Below, in pieces: positions 36,141 to 45,808 of a DNA stretch of 64,000 bases. The stretch spans positions 39,339-103,338 of the forward strand of contig CBDIPJ010000015.1 of assembly GCA_965283655.1 (NCBI GenBank), written 5' to 3'. The stretch's first letter is position 1, and every line of letters starts with the position of its first letter. Source of the stretch: Limisphaerales bacterium. GTDB taxonomy: Bacteria; Verrucomicrobiota; Verrucomicrobiia; Limisphaerales; UBA9464. The notes beneath the pieces were generated by a model. It saw only the letters and a program-made list of their open reading frames with translations, had not been told where the DNA came from and ran no database searches. Both the position numbers and the translations under genes were made by a program.

Positions 36141-38234
36141 TTACTGGGAGGCCCAGTCGAGGGCGGCCTGGATCTCGGCGGGGGTGAAGATCGTGTTCAT
36201 GACGCGCGGGGCGCGGTTCGGATCCTTTGGATAGACGAGGACGAGCGGAACGCCGCGGCGGTTGTAGCGGCGGAGTTCGGAAGCGATCTCCGGATTGGAG
36301 TCGGTGAAGTCGCCTTCGAAGACAGCGAAGTTGCCCTTGGTGAGGCGCTCGATGGTGGGAGCGATCTCGATGGAGCGGACGAGGTTGAACTTGCAGTTCG
36401 CGCAGTTGTCCGCGGTGAAGTCGACGAGCACGGGGTGACCGGCGGCGCGGGCTTCGGCGACAGCGGCCTTGGACCAGGGTTGCCAGGCGATCTTGGGCTG
36501 GCGTTGGGAGGCGGGGGTGCGCCAGTCGAGGGCGATTTCCATGAAGCCGATGTACCCGCCGGCCAGGAGGACAACGGCAGTCAGGATGCCGGCAAGGGGG
36601 CGACCCGCGCGCTGGGCGAATTCGCCCCACGACCAGGCGGCGGCGGCAACGATCACGAGGAAGAGTCCGAACCAGAGGACGCCGGCGTGGCCCATGCGAC
36701 CGGCGGTGAACCAGAAGATCCAGATGGCGGTGCCGAGGATGGGGAAGCCCATGGCGACCTTGAAGCGGACCATCCAGTCGCCGGGGCGCGGCAGGAGCTT
36801 GAGCCAGGCGGGTTGCCAGCACAGGAGGACGAAGGGCAGGGCGAGGCCGAGACCGACGGTGAGGAAGATGAGGACGAGGACCAGCGGGGGTTGGGTGAAG
36901 GCAAAGGCCACGGCGGTGGCGAGGAACGGAGCGGTGCAGGGCGTGGCGAGCACCGCGGCGAGGACGCCGTTGAAGAAGGCGGCCGCAGGACCTTCGCGGC
37001 GGATCATCTCGGTGGCCGAGTTGAGGGCCTGTCCTTCGACGGAGACTTCAAACACGCCGAAGAGGTTGAGGGCGACCAGCACCATCAGGACGCACAGCAG
37101 GACGCGGAAGGTGGGGCTCTGGAAGGCGGTGTTCCAATTCGCGTCCTGGCCGGCGGCCTGCAGTCCGAGGAGCACCAGTGCGAGAACGAAGAAGCAGGTG
37201 AGCACGCCCAGGCCGTAGACGATGCCGAGCTTGCGGACATGCCGCGGGTTGCTTCCGGATTGCCGGACGAAGCTCAGGACCTTGAGCGCGATGACCGGGA
37301 GCACGCAGGGCATGATGTTCAGGATGAGCCCGCCGAGTAGGGCGGCTCCGAGCATCGGGACCAGCGAGGCCCACGAGAAAGGCACCGGTTCGCCCATTGC
37401 GGGCGGCATGATGGAGAGGTTCACCTCGACACCCTTGCTCTCCGGTGTGTTGGGGAGGGCGACCAGGATGCCGGTGATATTCGTCGGCCAGCCCGAATCG
37501 GTTTCGCTGACGACCTTGCGCAGGCGGAGTTTTCCGGCAGGTGCCCCATCCGGACGTTCGGTGCGCGCGCCCACATCCACGCCCTTGGGTTGGAACGGAT
37601 AGAAGTCGGCCTTCTTTGCGTCGGTCATCCAATCGATCAGGATGGCGCGTTGTTTCCCGGGTTCGGTGGATTCCCAGCGGGCAATGGCGCGTACCTTGGG
37701 ATCCAGGACGGGGATGGCGGCAACGGTTTCGGCGATGCGCTGGGCGGAGGCGGACAGGGTGGATTGCGAACCGATGCGGAGCGAGGCCTGGATATCGGCC
37801 TTTCCGGGGACGCATTCTTCCTGGCACTCGAGCCAGCCGACCTCGCCAGCGAGGTTGATCGTGCCGGGCGTGGCGTTGGTGGCGACGCGGAGCGGCACGA
37901 TGAGAAGGACGGTGCCCTCGTAGATGTGGGTGATCCCGGAGGGTTCCTCCAATTGGTGTGGCACCGGCCAGCGGACGGGGTCCGCGGTGATGCCCGGTGG
38001 GAGGTTCCACTCGATCCGGGTGGCGATGCCGGGTCCGCCCACTTCGCTGGGGTTGACCCAGTAGGTGTGCCAACCCTTGGCCATCTCGAGTTCGATGGCG
38101 GCGTTGAGCGTGTCGCCGGGGCGGACCTCCTCGCGGTCGAGGAGGAGTCGGACCTTCGTCTGGGCCTGGGCCCAGACGGATCCCATCGACAGGGCGAGGA
38201 ACAGCAGGCCGATCAGGAATCGTTGGAAGCGCAT
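36141..38234 (-). CDS. Protein-disulfide reductase DsbD family (N-terminal DsbD-alpha-like, CcdA-type TM core, C-terminal thioredoxin domain)
   Basis: Signal peptide MRFQRFLIGLLFLALSMGSVWA, GWHTYW, the TM core NIMPCVLPV, and C-terminal VLVDFTADNCANCK (CxxC). I prefer the Met at 38234. Confidence 0.85.
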   Translation of the reverse strand: MRFQRFLIGLLFLALSMGSVWAQAQTKVRLLLDREEVRPGDTLNAAIELEMAKGWHTYWVNPSEVGGPGIATRIEWNLPPGITADPVRWPVPHQLEEPSGITHIYEGTVLLIVPLRVATNATPGTINLAGEVGWLECQEECVPGKADIQASLRIGSQSTLSASAQRIAETVAAIPVLDPKVRAIARWESTEPGKQRAILIDWMTDAKKADFYPFQPKGVDVGARTERPDGAPAGKLRLRKVVSETDSGWPTNITGILVALPNTPESKGVEVNLSIMPPAMGEPVPFSWASLVPMLGAALLGGLILNIMPCVLPVIALKVLSFVRQSGSNPRHVRKLGIVYGLGVLTCFFVLALVLLGLQAAGQDANWNTAFQSPTFRVLLCVLMVLVALNLFGVFEVSVEGQALNSATEMIRREGPAAAFFNGVLAAVLATPCTAPFLATAVAFAFTQPPLVLVLIFLTVGLGLALPFVLLCWQPAWLKLLPRPGDWMVRFKVAMGFPILGTAIWIFWFTAGRMGHAGVLWFGLFLVIVAAAAWSWGEFAQRAGRPLAGILTAVVLLAGGYIGFMEIALDWRTPASQRQPKIAWQPWSKAAVAEARAAGHPVLVDFTADNCANCKFNLVRSIEIAPTIERLTKGNFAVFEGDFTDSNPEIASELRRYNRRGVPLVLVYPKDPNRAPRVMNTIFTPAEIQAALDWASQ

Positions 38235-38543
38235 CGTACGATGAAGAGATAAGCAGGAATGCCGCCGGATGCCAGTTGGGAGAGGAGAACGTTCGAGAAT
38301 GACGGGGAACGACCGGGTTCGGATGAGGAACGGACCATCCAGGATCCGATACCGGACCGCGAACGGGACGGGGCTGGCCGCATGGGCCTCCAAGCCGTAT
38401 GGATGCCGTAAAGATCTGACGCGGAGGGGGAAGGCGGGTGATGAGGGTGGTGGTTGGGTTGATTTACCTAATTCTGGTTTTTGCGTGGCGCGCCGCGAGT
38501 CAGCGAGTGTGGGAAATTGGCTGATCCAGGTAGGTAAGGCCAT

Positions 38544-39578
38544 GTGTTCAAAAACAATAGATTCATGTCCAATTCTGACTTCGGGGGCTTTCCGGCTGCC
38601 CACAATGGGTTCGTCTCCGAGCAATGGTTCTCGGCGATTCCTTCTGCAGCGCACGCCGTGGAAGTTGCGGCTCGGTGGCGCAGTTTCTGGAAGGCGAACG
38701 CGCTGGAGGCTGTGTCCGCGGCGCAGGAGGGATTGCGCAAGGATCTGTCCTGCCTGACCCAGAGCCTCGAGGGCGTGGACCTGAGCCGTCGGTTGGATCC
38801 GCGCCTGGTGGCGCGCGTGGCGACGCTGATGGGTGCGATGTCACGTGGCGAGGGGTATGCGGTTTATGACGGGGTGCAGGCGTGGATCTCGGATCCGGTG
38901 GATCAATGGTACGCAGATCAGTGTGTGGTTGAATCGGTGTCCAGCCGTGCCTGGGAGGCGTCCATCGTGAAGGAGATCCGTTCGACGAAGATTTCCGGTC
39001 AACCCGCCATCCAGTGTCTTCCGTTGCTCACCAGCGACCTGAGGCTGATCACTGCGCACATCGAGCGGGCCTTGTCGTACATTCGCGAGGTCGACCCTGG
39101 GATGCATGGTGAGATCATGACGCACGTTGCCTGCATCCGGATGCTGGAAGGCAGCGGCATGGAGGGAATGAGCACGCCGCGGGCGTTCGGGGCGATCTGG
39201 CTGCGGATGCCCGAGCCTGGTGACGAGTTGGGTTGGTTTCTGGAGCATCTGGTCCATGAATGTTCCCACATCCATCTCAATGCGTTGATGGCAATGGATC
39301 CGCTGCTCCTCAATCCGGAGGAGATCAACCAGGCGCCGATCCGTCCGGATCCCCGGCCGATGTTCCAGATCCTGCATGGAACGTTCGTCTTGTTCCGGAA
39401 CTGCCAGGTCCACGGCCGCCTGTCGCTTCTGGCACCGGAGTTGGGGCTGGAGCCGGCGCTGGCCCGTTTTCGGGAGCAGTTCGCCAAGGGCATGGAGGTC
39501 CTGCGGAAGCATGCGCGGCCCACTCCGCTGGGCGAGCGGTTGATCAAGTCGATGATGTCGGGAGAGACCCACGGTTGA
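38544..39578 (+). CDS. HExxH-motif domain protein (TIGR04267-like / aKG-HExxH-type peptide hydroxylase-like, from memory)
   Basis: LEHLVHECSHIHLNAL ... IRPDPRPMFQILHGTFV matches my recollection of the HEXXH-motif domain family. The alternative start is 38565. Confidence 0.55.
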   Translation: MFKNNRFMSNSDFGGFPAAHNGFVSEQWFSAIPSAAHAVEVAARWRSFWKANALEAVSAAQEGLRKDLSCLTQSLEGVDLSRRLDPRLVARVATLMGAMSRGEGYAVYDGVQAWISDPVDQWYADQCVVESVSSRAWEASIVKEIRSTKISGQPAIQCLPLLTSDLRLITAHIERALSYIREVDPGMHGEIMTHVACIRMLEGSGMEGMSTPRAFGAIWLRMPEPGDELGWFLEHLVHECSHIHLNALMAMDPLLLNPEEINQAPIRPDPRPMFQILHGTFVLFRNCQVHGRLSLLAPELGLEPALARFREQFAKGMEVLRKHARPTPLGERLIKSMMSGETHG

Positions 39579-39614
39579 GTTTGGTTCGGGATTGCCTAGG
39601 TTTTCGGGACTGCC

Positions 39615-41270
39615 ATGGCTGAATCACGCAAACGTCCGGAGGAACTGCGGAGTCATCGTTGGTTCGGACCGGACGATCTCCGGTCCTTCGGGCATCGGTC
39701 CCGGACGAAGCAGATGGGGTTTGATGCGGAGGATTTCGCCGGGAAGCCGGTGATCGGGATCCTGAACACGTGGAGCGACCTGAACACGTGTCACACGCAC
39801 TTCCGGGAGCGGGCGGAGCAGGTGAAACGGGGCGTGTACCAGGCGGGTGGATTTCCGGTGGAGGTGCCGGTGATGTCGCTGGGCGAGCAGTTCATGAAGC
39901 CCACGTCGATGATGTACCGCAACCTGACCGCCATGGAGGTGGAGGAGACGCTGCGGTGTCACCCGATTGATGGGGCGGTGTTGATGGGCGGGTGTGACAA
40001 GACGGTACCGGCATTGTTGATGGGGGCCTTCACGGTGGACGTGCCCTGCGTGTTCTTGCCGGCGGGTCCGATGCTGAAGGGACGGTGGCGATCGGAAACG
40101 CTGGGGAGCGGCAGCGACGTGTGGAAGTACTGGGCCGAACGGTGCGCGGGCAAGCTGGGGTGCGACGCCTGGTGCGAGATCGAGGACGGGATCGCGCGCT
40201 CGCCGGGCACGTGCATGACCATGGGCACGGCCTCGACGATGGCGGCGGTGGTAGAGGCCCTGGGCCTGATACCGTCGGGTGGGGCGACGTTGCCGGCGGT
40301 GCATTCGGCGCACGCGCGGATGGCGGCCCAGTTGGGTCGCCGGATCGTGGAGATGGTGTGGACCGACCTGAAGCCGTCCCGGTTGCTGAGCCGTGAATCG
40401 TTCCTGAACGCGTTGACTGCGTTGATGGCCATCAGCGGTTCCACGAATGCCATCGTTCACCTGATCGCCATGGCGGGGCGGGCGGGGGTTCGGATCACGA
40501 TGGAGGACTTCGACGCGGTGGCGCGTCGGACGCCGGTGCTGGCGAACCTCCGACCGGCTGGAAAGTTCCTGATGGAGGACTTCCATGATGCGGGTGGGAT
40601 GCCGGGGTTGCTGTCGCGATTGAAGGACCTGTTGCACACGGAGTGTCGGACGATCTCGGGTCGGACCCTGGGCGAGGACATTGCGCGGGCGGAAGTGTTC
40701 AGCGACGAGGTGATCGCGACGCGGGAGAAGCCGGTGGCCGCGGAGGGTGGGATGGCGGTCCTGACGGGAAACCTGGCGCCGGATGGATGCGTGATCAAAC
40801 ACACGGCGATGGAGTCGCGGTTCCTGAAGCATCGGGGGCGGGCGCTGGTGTTCCGTGACTATCCGGACCTGAAGGCGCGCATCGACCTGGAGGACCTGCC
40901 GGTGACCGCGGACACGGTCATCGTGCTCCAGAATGCGGGGCCGGTGGGAGCCCCGGGGATGCCAGAGTGGGGCATGCTGCCGATTCCGAAGAAGCTCCTG
41001 AAGGCCGGGGTGCGGGACATGGTCCGGATCTCGGATGCACGGATGAGCGGGACGAGTTACGGCGCCTGTGTGCTGCATGTGGCGCCCGAATCGGCCGTGG
41101 GTGGCCCGCTGGCGTTGGTCCGGGACGGCGACGAGATCGAACTCGATGTTCCTGCGCGCCGGATCCACTGGCATGTCACGGAGGCTGAGGCGGCCCGGCG
41201 ACGGGCGGAATGGATGCCCCGCCGCCGCGGTTTGCGCGCGGGTACGGACGATTGTTCTCCGGCGAGGTGA
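39615..41270 (+). CDS. IlvD/Edd-family (sugar-acid) dehydratase with an apparent frameshift at the 3' end
   Basis: The N-terminus LRSHRWFGPDDLRSFGHRSRTKQMGF and GILNTWSDLNTCHTHF, GGCDKTVPA and SGTSYG are typical of the family. The conserved C-terminal FARGYGRLFSGEVTQANEGCDFRFL is encoded in another frame at 41231-41344. Confidence 0.85.
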   Translation: MAESRKRPEELRSHRWFGPDDLRSFGHRSRTKQMGFDAEDFAGKPVIGILNTWSDLNTCHTHFRERAEQVKRGVYQAGGFPVEVPVMSLGEQFMKPTSMMYRNLTAMEVEETLRCHPIDGAVLMGGCDKTVPALLMGAFTVDVPCVFLPAGPMLKGRWRSETLGSGSDVWKYWAERCAGKLGCDAWCEIEDGIARSPGTCMTMGTASTMAAVVEALGLIPSGGATLPAVHSAHARMAAQLGRRIVEMVWTDLKPSRLLSRESFLNALTALMAISGSTNAIVHLIAMAGRAGVRITMEDFDAVARRTPVLANLRPAGKFLMEDFHDAGGMPGLLSRLKDLLHTECRTISGRTLGEDIARAEVFSDEVIATREKPVAAEGGMAVLTGNLAPDGCVIKHTAMESRFLKHRGRALVFRDYPDLKARIDLEDLPVTADTVIVLQNAGPVGAPGMPEWGMLPIPKKLLKAGVRDMVRISDARMSGTSYGACVLHVAPESAVGGPLALVRDGDEIELDVPARRIHWHVTEAEAARRRAEWMPRRRGLRAGTDDCSPAR

Positions 41271-41396
41271 CGCAGGCGAACGAGGGTTGTGACTTCCGCT
41301 TCCTGCACCATGGGCCAGCCACTGCGGAGCCCGAGATTTTCTGAGGGGCTGAAAGGCGGACGCGTTCCGACACCGCTCCCGCCTGGGAAAGGCTTC

Positions 41397-41582
41397 GGGG
41401 CGGCGATGTCTTCATCGGAGAAAGGCTTTCGGCGACGAGGACGTCGCCACCCCGATTGGGCGCATCTTCAAAGGTCGGGGCGGCGATGTCTCATCGAGAA
41501 GGGCTTTGGAACGGCGACGAGGACGTCGCCATCCCGTTCCATGTGGGGACAGTGTCAGGACGTCGCCACCCCGATCCGTTCC
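41397..41582. repeat. Family B elements, about 2.5 partly degenerate units
   Basis: GGGGCGGCGATGTCTTCATCGG...GGCGACGAGGACGTCGCCACCCCG, a second unit at 41477-41540, then GGGGACAGTGTCAGGACGTCGCCACCCCG. Confidence 0.85.
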
Positions 41583-41635
41583 TGAAAAGCGGAGGTGACG
41601 GTGCAGGGTGGTTTCTGGATGAATGGGGCACCACC

Positions 41636-42571
41636 ATGGATATCCGACCGATCACCTTCGAACGTCTGGCTTCCTCCGTCATTGCGGTTCCGCCCTTGGC
41701 GCGGGACGGGCACGAGCGCGTGTCGCGGGACGAGAATGTCCGGTTGATCCGGCACATTGAGTCCGGTGGCGTGGACGTGTTGTTGTATGGAGGGAATGCC
41801 AACTTCTATCACCTTCGGCCGAGCGAGTACGCGTCGGTGCTCGGGATGTTGGCGGAGGCGGCTGCGCCGGGGACGCTGGTGGTGCCCTCGGCGGGACCGG
41901 CGTACGGGGTGATGATGGACCAGGCCGAGGTGGCGCGGGATTTTGCCTTTCCGACGGTGATGGTGCTGCCGCACCAGGGATTGAACACCTACGCGGGCGT
42001 CGAGACGGGGCTGCGGCGGTTTGCGGAGCGGTTGGGCCGGCCGATCGTGGTCTATGTGAAGCAGGAGGGGTACGTGACGCCGGCGGAAGTGGCCCGGTTG
42101 GTCCGTGACGGGTGCGTTTCCTGGATCAAGTACGCGATCGTCCGCCCCCAACCCGCGGAAGACGCCTTCCTGAAGGAGTTGTTGCAGCAGGTTCCGGCGT
42201 CGCTGGTGGTCAGCGGCATCGGGGAGCAACCGGCGGTGGTGCACCTCCGGGACTGGAGGTTGAACGGGTTCACGAGTGGTTGCGTGTGCGTGGCTCCGGC
42301 GCTCTCGATGGGATTCCTGCGGGCAGCCACGGCGGGCAATTGGGCGGAGGCGGAACGGATCCGGGGCCTGTTCAAGCCTCTGGAGGATCTCCGGAATGCC
42401 ATCAACCCGGTGCGCGTGCTGCATGAGGCGGTCCGGTTGGCGGGCCTTGCGGACACGGGGCCGGTGTTGCCGCTGCTGAGTGGGTTGACGGCGGATCAGG
42501 CGGCCCAGGTGGAAGCGGCGGCGACAGCCCTGCTGTTGAAGGATCGGGAGTGGAGGGCGGCGAAGGGTTGA
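41636..42571 (+). CDS. Dihydrodipicolinate synthase/N-acetylneuraminate lyase family enzyme (DapA-like)
   Basis: 311 aa from ATG 41636 with a DHDPS-family-like N-terminus (VPPLARDGHERVSRDENVRLIRHIESGGVDVLLYGGNANFYHL). Adjacent to the IlvD/Edd dehydratase. Confidence 0.7.
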   Translation: MDIRPITFERLASSVIAVPPLARDGHERVSRDENVRLIRHIESGGVDVLLYGGNANFYHLRPSEYASVLGMLAEAAAPGTLVVPSAGPAYGVMMDQAEVARDFAFPTVMVLPHQGLNTYAGVETGLRRFAERLGRPIVVYVKQEGYVTPAEVARLVRDGCVSWIKYAIVRPQPAEDAFLKELLQQVPASLVVSGIGEQPAVVHLRDWRLNGFTSGCVCVAPALSMGFLRAATAGNWAEAERIRGLFKPLEDLRNAINPVRVLHEAVRLAGLADTGPVLPLLSGLTADQAAQVEAAATALLLKDREWRAAKG

Positions 42572-42631
42572 ACCACCCGGTTCGGCGCGTTGTGGTGCCT
42601 GCGGTGGATGCCCCTTCACCACGGACTCAAA

Positions 42632-45600
42632 TCAGGTCGCACCCGGCGGCGTGGGCGCGGAGGAACCAGTCCTGCCCCGGATCCAGTCGCCGAGGTCATC
42701 AAGCAGGATGTAGACGACCGGCGTGACGATCAGGGTCAGGAGTAGGCAGAGGGTCTGACCGCCAATGACCACGATGGCGACGGCACGACGTTCTTCGGAG
42801 CCCGGGCCGGTGCCGATGGCGAGGGGCAACATGCCCGCGACGAGCGCGAGGGTGGTCATGAGGATGGGGCGGAGTCGGTCCCGGTTGGCCTGGATGACCG
42901 CGTCCGGTCGGGGCAGTCCCCGTTCCCGCAGGGTGTTCATGTAGTCGATCTGCAGGATGGCGTTCTTCTTCACGACGCCGAACAGGACCAGCAGGCCGAG
43001 GGCGGAGTACAGGTTGAGCGTGTTGTCGGTGGCCCAGAGCGAAAGCAGGGCGAAGGGAAGGGAGAGCGGGAGCGACAGCAGGATGGTGAACGGGTGGATG
43101 AGGCTCTCGTACTGGGCGGCGAGGATCATGTACATGAACACGACCGACAGCGCGAAAGCCCACAGGAACTCGCTGAAGGTGCTTTCGAGTTCCCGGCCGC
43201 GTCCGGTCACCTTGTAGGTGTATTCGGCGGGCAGGTTCATTTCGTCGACAGCCTTGCGGAGGGCCGCGAGGCGATCGGCCTGGGCATAGCCCTTTCCTGG
43301 CGCGATTCCCGCACGCAAGGCCACCACGCGTTGGCGGTCGAGGCGATCGATCCGGGATGCAGTCACGCCGGGGATGATCTGGACGACATTGTCGAGGCGG
43401 ACGAGTGCGCCGGAGCGGGAGGGGACATACAACCGTCCGAGATCCTCGCCACGGCTGCGGTCGGCGGATTCGAGGCGGAGTTGGACGTCGTAGTCGTCGT
43501 TGACCTGGGTGTCGCGGAAGCGCGAGACGCGGGTGTCGCCGCCGACAAGGATGCGGAGGGCGGCGGCGATGTCGGTGGTTTCGACGTCGAGGGCAGCGGC
43601 GCGGGCGCGGTCGATCTCGACGCGGAGCTCGGGCTTGTCGAGGCGCAAGGAGGTGTCGGCATCCACCAGGCCGAGTTCAGTGGATCGAGCGCGGAGTTTC
43701 TCGGCGTAGCCGAGGAGGGTTTCGAGGTCTGGACCGAGGAATGAGAAGTCGATCTCGAAGCCCGGTCCTCCGGCGGAGATGGATCCCTGGCTGCCGCGCA
43801 GGGAGAGGCGGACATCCTGGAGGATGGCGAGGCGTTTGCGGATCATCTGCATGACGTCGCGCTGGGAGGCGTTGCCCTCGAAAGCCTGCCATGGCTTGAG
43901 GCTGAACAGGCGGGAAACGGAGAACACCCGCTCGGCGTGGGGCCGGAGCAGGACGTACAGGCGTCCCTGGTTCAGTCCGCTCGACATGCCGCCGCCGCCG
44001 CCCACGCCCCCGATGACGGTCTGGACCCAGGGGATCTGGCGGATCTCGGATTCGGCGATGCGCATGACCTCGTCCATGGCCGGAAGACTGGTTCCCTCCC
44101 GAGCCGTGATGGAGACCTCGAATTCACCGTCATCCGTTCCGCCGGGGGTGAATTCCTGCCGGACGACGGAATAGATCGGCACGGACGAAAGGATGATGAG
44201 CAGTGCGCCGGAAGCGACCCACCACCGATGGCGTGTCGAGAGGGTGAGCAGCCGCACGTATCCGCGTTCCAGCCACCCGTAGAAGCCATCGCGGGAACCG
44301 TGTCCGGGAATGGCGGCGCCTCCACCGCGGGCGAAGAGTCGCGCGCTCATCATCGGGGTGAGGGTGAAACTGACAAGGAGGCTGACGAGGACGGCCACCG
44401 CGGAGGTCAGTCCGAATTGGAAGAGGAAGCGTCCGGCCAACGACGACATGAAGGAGACCGGGACGAAGATGACGACCAGGCTGAAGGTGGTGGCCAGGAC
44501 CGCGAGGCCGATCTCGGCGGTGGCACCGCGGGCGGCTTCGGCGGCGGAGACCTTCTTTTCCTCGACCCAGCGGAAGATGTTTTCGAGGACGACGATGGCG
44601 TCGTCGATGACGATGCCGACCATGAGCACGAGGGCGAGCATGGTCACGCTGTTGAGGGTGAAATTGAGGGCCCACATCATGCCGAAGGTGGCGATGACGG
44701 ATGCGGGAATGGCGACGGCGGCGATGAGGGTGGCGCGCCAGCTCCGCATGAAGGCGAGCACGACGAGGCTCGCGAGGACGGATCCGAGCACGAGGTGGAG
44801 CTTGATCTCACCCAGCGCCTCCCGGATGTAGCGGGACTGGTCGCGGATGACCTCGATCTTCACGTCCGGCGGCAGCTGTGCCTGCAGCTCGGGAATGCGC
44901 CGCTTGATGGCATCAATCACGGCGACCGTATTCGCTCCGGACTGACGGCGAACCTCCAGTTGGACGCACGGCTCCCCATTCAGGCGCGCGGTGGTGCGCT
45001 GTTCCCGCGTGCCATCCTCGGCCCTGCCGACGTCGCGTATCCGGATCGGACGGCCGTCGCGGGTGGCGATGACCAGGTCGTCGAAAGCCCGCGGGTCCAT
45101 GATCCGGCCCACGGTGCGCAAGGTGCGCTCCTGAAGGGAACCGGTGACGTTGCCGCCGGGGATGGTGGCATTCTGCCGGGCGATGGCATTCCGGACTTCG
45201 GTGACGGGAAGCTTGTAGGCCGCGAGGCGATCGGCATCGACCCAGATGTTGACGGTGCGGGGGAGGCCGCCGAAGACCTCGACTTCGCCCACGCCTTCGG
45301 CCCGCTCGAGGGCGACCTTCACGACACGTTCGCCGAGTTCGGTGAGCTCACGGACCGAGCGGTTGCCGGACATGGCAAGCGACATGATCGGGGACGAATC
45401 CACATCGAACTTGGAGACCTGCGGTGGGTCGGCATCGGCGGGAAGTTCGCCGAGGGTGGCGGCCACGCGGTTGCGGACATCCTCGGCAGCGGTGTTGGCG
45501 TTCCGGTTGAGTTCGAAGGTGAGGATGATGAAGGAACGGCCGAGGCTGGAGATGGAGCGCAGCTCCTTGATGCCCTCGATGGTGTTGAGGTTCTGCTCCA

Positions 45601-45802
45601 GCGGTTGGCTGATGAGGGATTCCACCTCGACGGGCGACGCGCCCGGCAGGGACGTGTTCACGTAGATCGTCGGGAGATCCACGGAGGGCGAACGGTCAAC
45701 GTTGAGGCGGACGTAGCCCGCTGCCCCGGCCACGACCAAGGCCAGGATGAGCATCAACGCGAAGATCGGTCGGCGGATGCAGACTTCGGCGAGGGTTTGC
45801 AT
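42632..45802 (-). CDS. Efflux RND transporter permease (AcrB/HAE1-like)
   Basis: 1056 aa with a typical start (CIRRPIFALMLILALVVAG), 12 TM segments and two large periplasmic loops. Confidence 0.95.
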   Translation of the reverse strand: MQTLAEVCIRRPIFALMLILALVVAGAAGYVRLNVDRSPSVDLPTIYVNTSLPGASPVEVESLISQPLEQNLNTIEGIKELRSISSLGRSFIILTFELNRNANTAAEDVRNRVAATLGELPADADPPQVSKFDVDSSPIMSLAMSGNRSVRELTELGERVVKVALERAEGVGEVEVFGGLPRTVNIWVDADRLAAYKLPVTEVRNAIARQNATIPGGNVTGSLQERTLRTVGRIMDPRAFDDLVIATRDGRPIRIRDVGRAEDGTREQRTTARLNGEPCVQLEVRRQSGANTVAVIDAIKRRIPELQAQLPPDVKIEVIRDQSRYIREALGEIKLHLVLGSVLASLVVLAFMRSWRATLIAAVAIPASVIATFGMMWALNFTLNSVTMLALVLMVGIVIDDAIVVLENIFRWVEEKKVSAAEAARGATAEIGLAVLATTFSLVVIFVPVSFMSSLAGRFLFQFGLTSAVAVLVSLLVSFTLTPMMSARLFARGGGAAIPGHGSRDGFYGWLERGYVRLLTLSTRHRWWVASGALLIILSSVPIYSVVRQEFTPGGTDDGEFEVSITAREGTSLPAMDEVMRIAESEIRQIPWVQTVIGGVGGGGGMSSGLNQGRLYVLLRPHAERVFSVSRLFSLKPWQAFEGNASQRDVMQMIRKRLAILQDVRLSLRGSQGSISAGGPGFEIDFSFLGPDLETLLGYAEKLRARSTELGLVDADTSLRLDKPELRVEIDRARAAALDVETTDIAAALRILVGGDTRVSRFRDTQVNDDYDVQLRLESADRSRGEDLGRLYVPSRSGALVRLDNVVQIIPGVTASRIDRLDRQRVVALRAGIAPGKGYAQADRLAALRKAVDEMNLPAEYTYKVTGRGRELESTFSEFLWAFALSVVFMYMILAAQYESLIHPFTILLSLPLSLPFALLSLWATDNTLNLYSALGLLVLFGVVKKNAILQIDYMNTLRERGLPRPDAVIQANRDRLRPILMTTLALVAGMLPLAIGTGPGSEERRAVAIVVIGGQTLCLLLTLIVTPVVYILLDDLGDWIRGRTGSSAPTPPGAT

Positions 45803-45808
45803 CGGGCG

